Virus record (IMG/VR): IMGVR_UViG_3300014059_000005
Coordinates: 75,666 to 139,665 of that record
DNA: 64,000 bases
Strand: one strand, 5' to 3'
Source: a virus
Taxonomy: Duplodnaviria; Caudoviricetes
The notes under the pieces are model-generated. The model did no database searches, was not told where the DNA came from, and worked only from the letters and a program-made list of their open reading frames with translations. The position numbers and the translations under genes were made by a program. Each line of letters begins with the position of its first letter. Positions within the stretch are counted from its first letter, which is position 1. Shown one piece after another: positions 63,244 to 64,000 of the stretch.

Positions 63244-63477
63244 GTGCAAGTCAAGATCGAGCCTACTCTGGACCCACGATTCCATGTTGTCGTGGTCCTG
63301 GAATCCGACAATCTGGGGCGCATAGTCCACCATGGAACTCTGGAGGAATGCCGGGATGCGCAGGATAGGTTCGAGCACTTCCTGGAGGCCTTGCAGACTC
63401 TAAAGGGTCTGACCTCTCCCACCCTGGAATCCGACTGCAAGTGGATCCTGGAAGCAACCTTTCGGGAATCCGTTTGA
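63244..63477 (+). CDS. Small hypothetical protein
   Basis: GAGGAG RBS with GTG start. Confidence 0.5.
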   Translation: MQVKIEPTLDPRFHVVVVLESDNLGRIVHHGTLEECRDAQDRFEHFLEALQTLKGLTSPTLESDCKWILEATFRESV

Positions 63478-63503
63478 CTTTCCAGATACCTATGGCATAG
63501 TTG
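63474..63503 (+). promoter_or_regulatory. Repeated promoter TTGACT-N16-CATAGT (rightward)
   Basis: The only + strand copy seen. Confidence 0.7.
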
Positions 63504-63564
63504 GGGCATCCGAGATGCGATAGATGCCAACCGGATACGGGAGATAGCCATGTGACCTATATTC

Positions 63565-63598
63565 AGGGGATTTATGGAAAGTTATCCATAAATCCCCT
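63565..63598. promoter_or_regulatory. Palindromic operator-like site, copy 2
   Basis: aggggatttatgga-aagtta-tccataaatcccct, perfect 14-bp arms. Confidence 0.6.
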
Positions 63599-63608
63599 TT
63601 CTCTTCCC

Positions 63609-63730
63609 AAGATGCGTGAGATACGCGGGTTAGATAGATACTAAGATGTTGGTAAGATAGCACTTAGGAAGATGCGCGGAGATGCGCGAGATACATGAGA
63701 TGCGCAGGATAGATGCGCAAGATGCGCGCA
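63609..63730 (+). repeat. Cluster of short AGATGCGC/AGATA repeats
   Basis: About 13 AGAT-initiated units in ~120 bp of non-coding DNA. Confidence 0.6.
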
Positions 63731-64000
63731 TGTTACACGCCTGTATCACTCCTTATGCGGGGAGATACGAACTATACCATAACACCAACCCAGGGAGCTA
63801 CGGATGGCCGAGAACAGCGAAACAGTGACGAAGGCTAGCCCGACCAGTACCCGGAGGATTCGGGTGCATGCCTTTCTGTACCATCCCGACTGGCTGAAGT
63901 TCGAGAAGTGGTATCATCTTCCCTTGCAGTTGCTCCTGGAACTCTACCGGGGCACCTACAGTTGCGAGGACACCCCGCAGGGGATCCAGAGGTTACGCGA

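Noticed and set aside
1-64000. tRNA, rRNA, integrase or transposase genes
   Set aside because: None recognised by eye; tRNAscan-SE and HMM searches would be needed to exclude them.

Overview
This is a 64-kb segment of a tailed dsDNA phage. The host is probably a planctomycete (Gemmataceae-like), inferred from TIGR02996-like domains and 'MTExEWL...ADALEEAGC...GCWxxDLxLGK' paralogues. Bases 1-12.2 kb (+ strand) are a tail module: a chaperone with an A9 -1 frameshift site, a tape-measure-like protein, tail proteins, a GT2, Cys-rich proteins and KTSC. Bases 12.2-63.1 kb (- strand) are a replication, recombination and early region: split SbcC plus SbcD, resolvase, RecA, SSB, UvsY-like, clamp loader, clamp, split PolA (UDG-exo plus pol), Dcd, ThyX, DnaB, initiator-like wHTH genes with 21-bp iterons, RNase H, primase, SNF2 helicase and four sigma-70-like factors. 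Three unusual layers sit on this backbone. (1) About 31 translationally coupled micro-genes (~58 aa) at 9 loci each encode only the C-terminal variable segment of an FGE-type C-type-lectin fold. Their variation follows the adenine-specific AAC->NNC pattern of diversity-generating retroelements (DGRs). A single TIGR02996-FGE gene in the largest cluster lacks exactly that segment. No RT or template repeat is visible in the window. (2) Two non-coding arrays between ssb and recA hold 9 stem-loops in total. Their 27-29-nt loops share the symmetric layout A-N9-TC-linker-A-N9-TC, i.e. two variable 9-mers per unit, reminiscent of TIGR or bridge-RNA dual guides. (3) About 15 small, otherwise dissimilar proteins share an N-terminal MKRF tag. 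A TTGACW-N16-(C/A)ATAGT promoter motif recurs 13 times. All annotation is by eye from motifs; no database searches were run.
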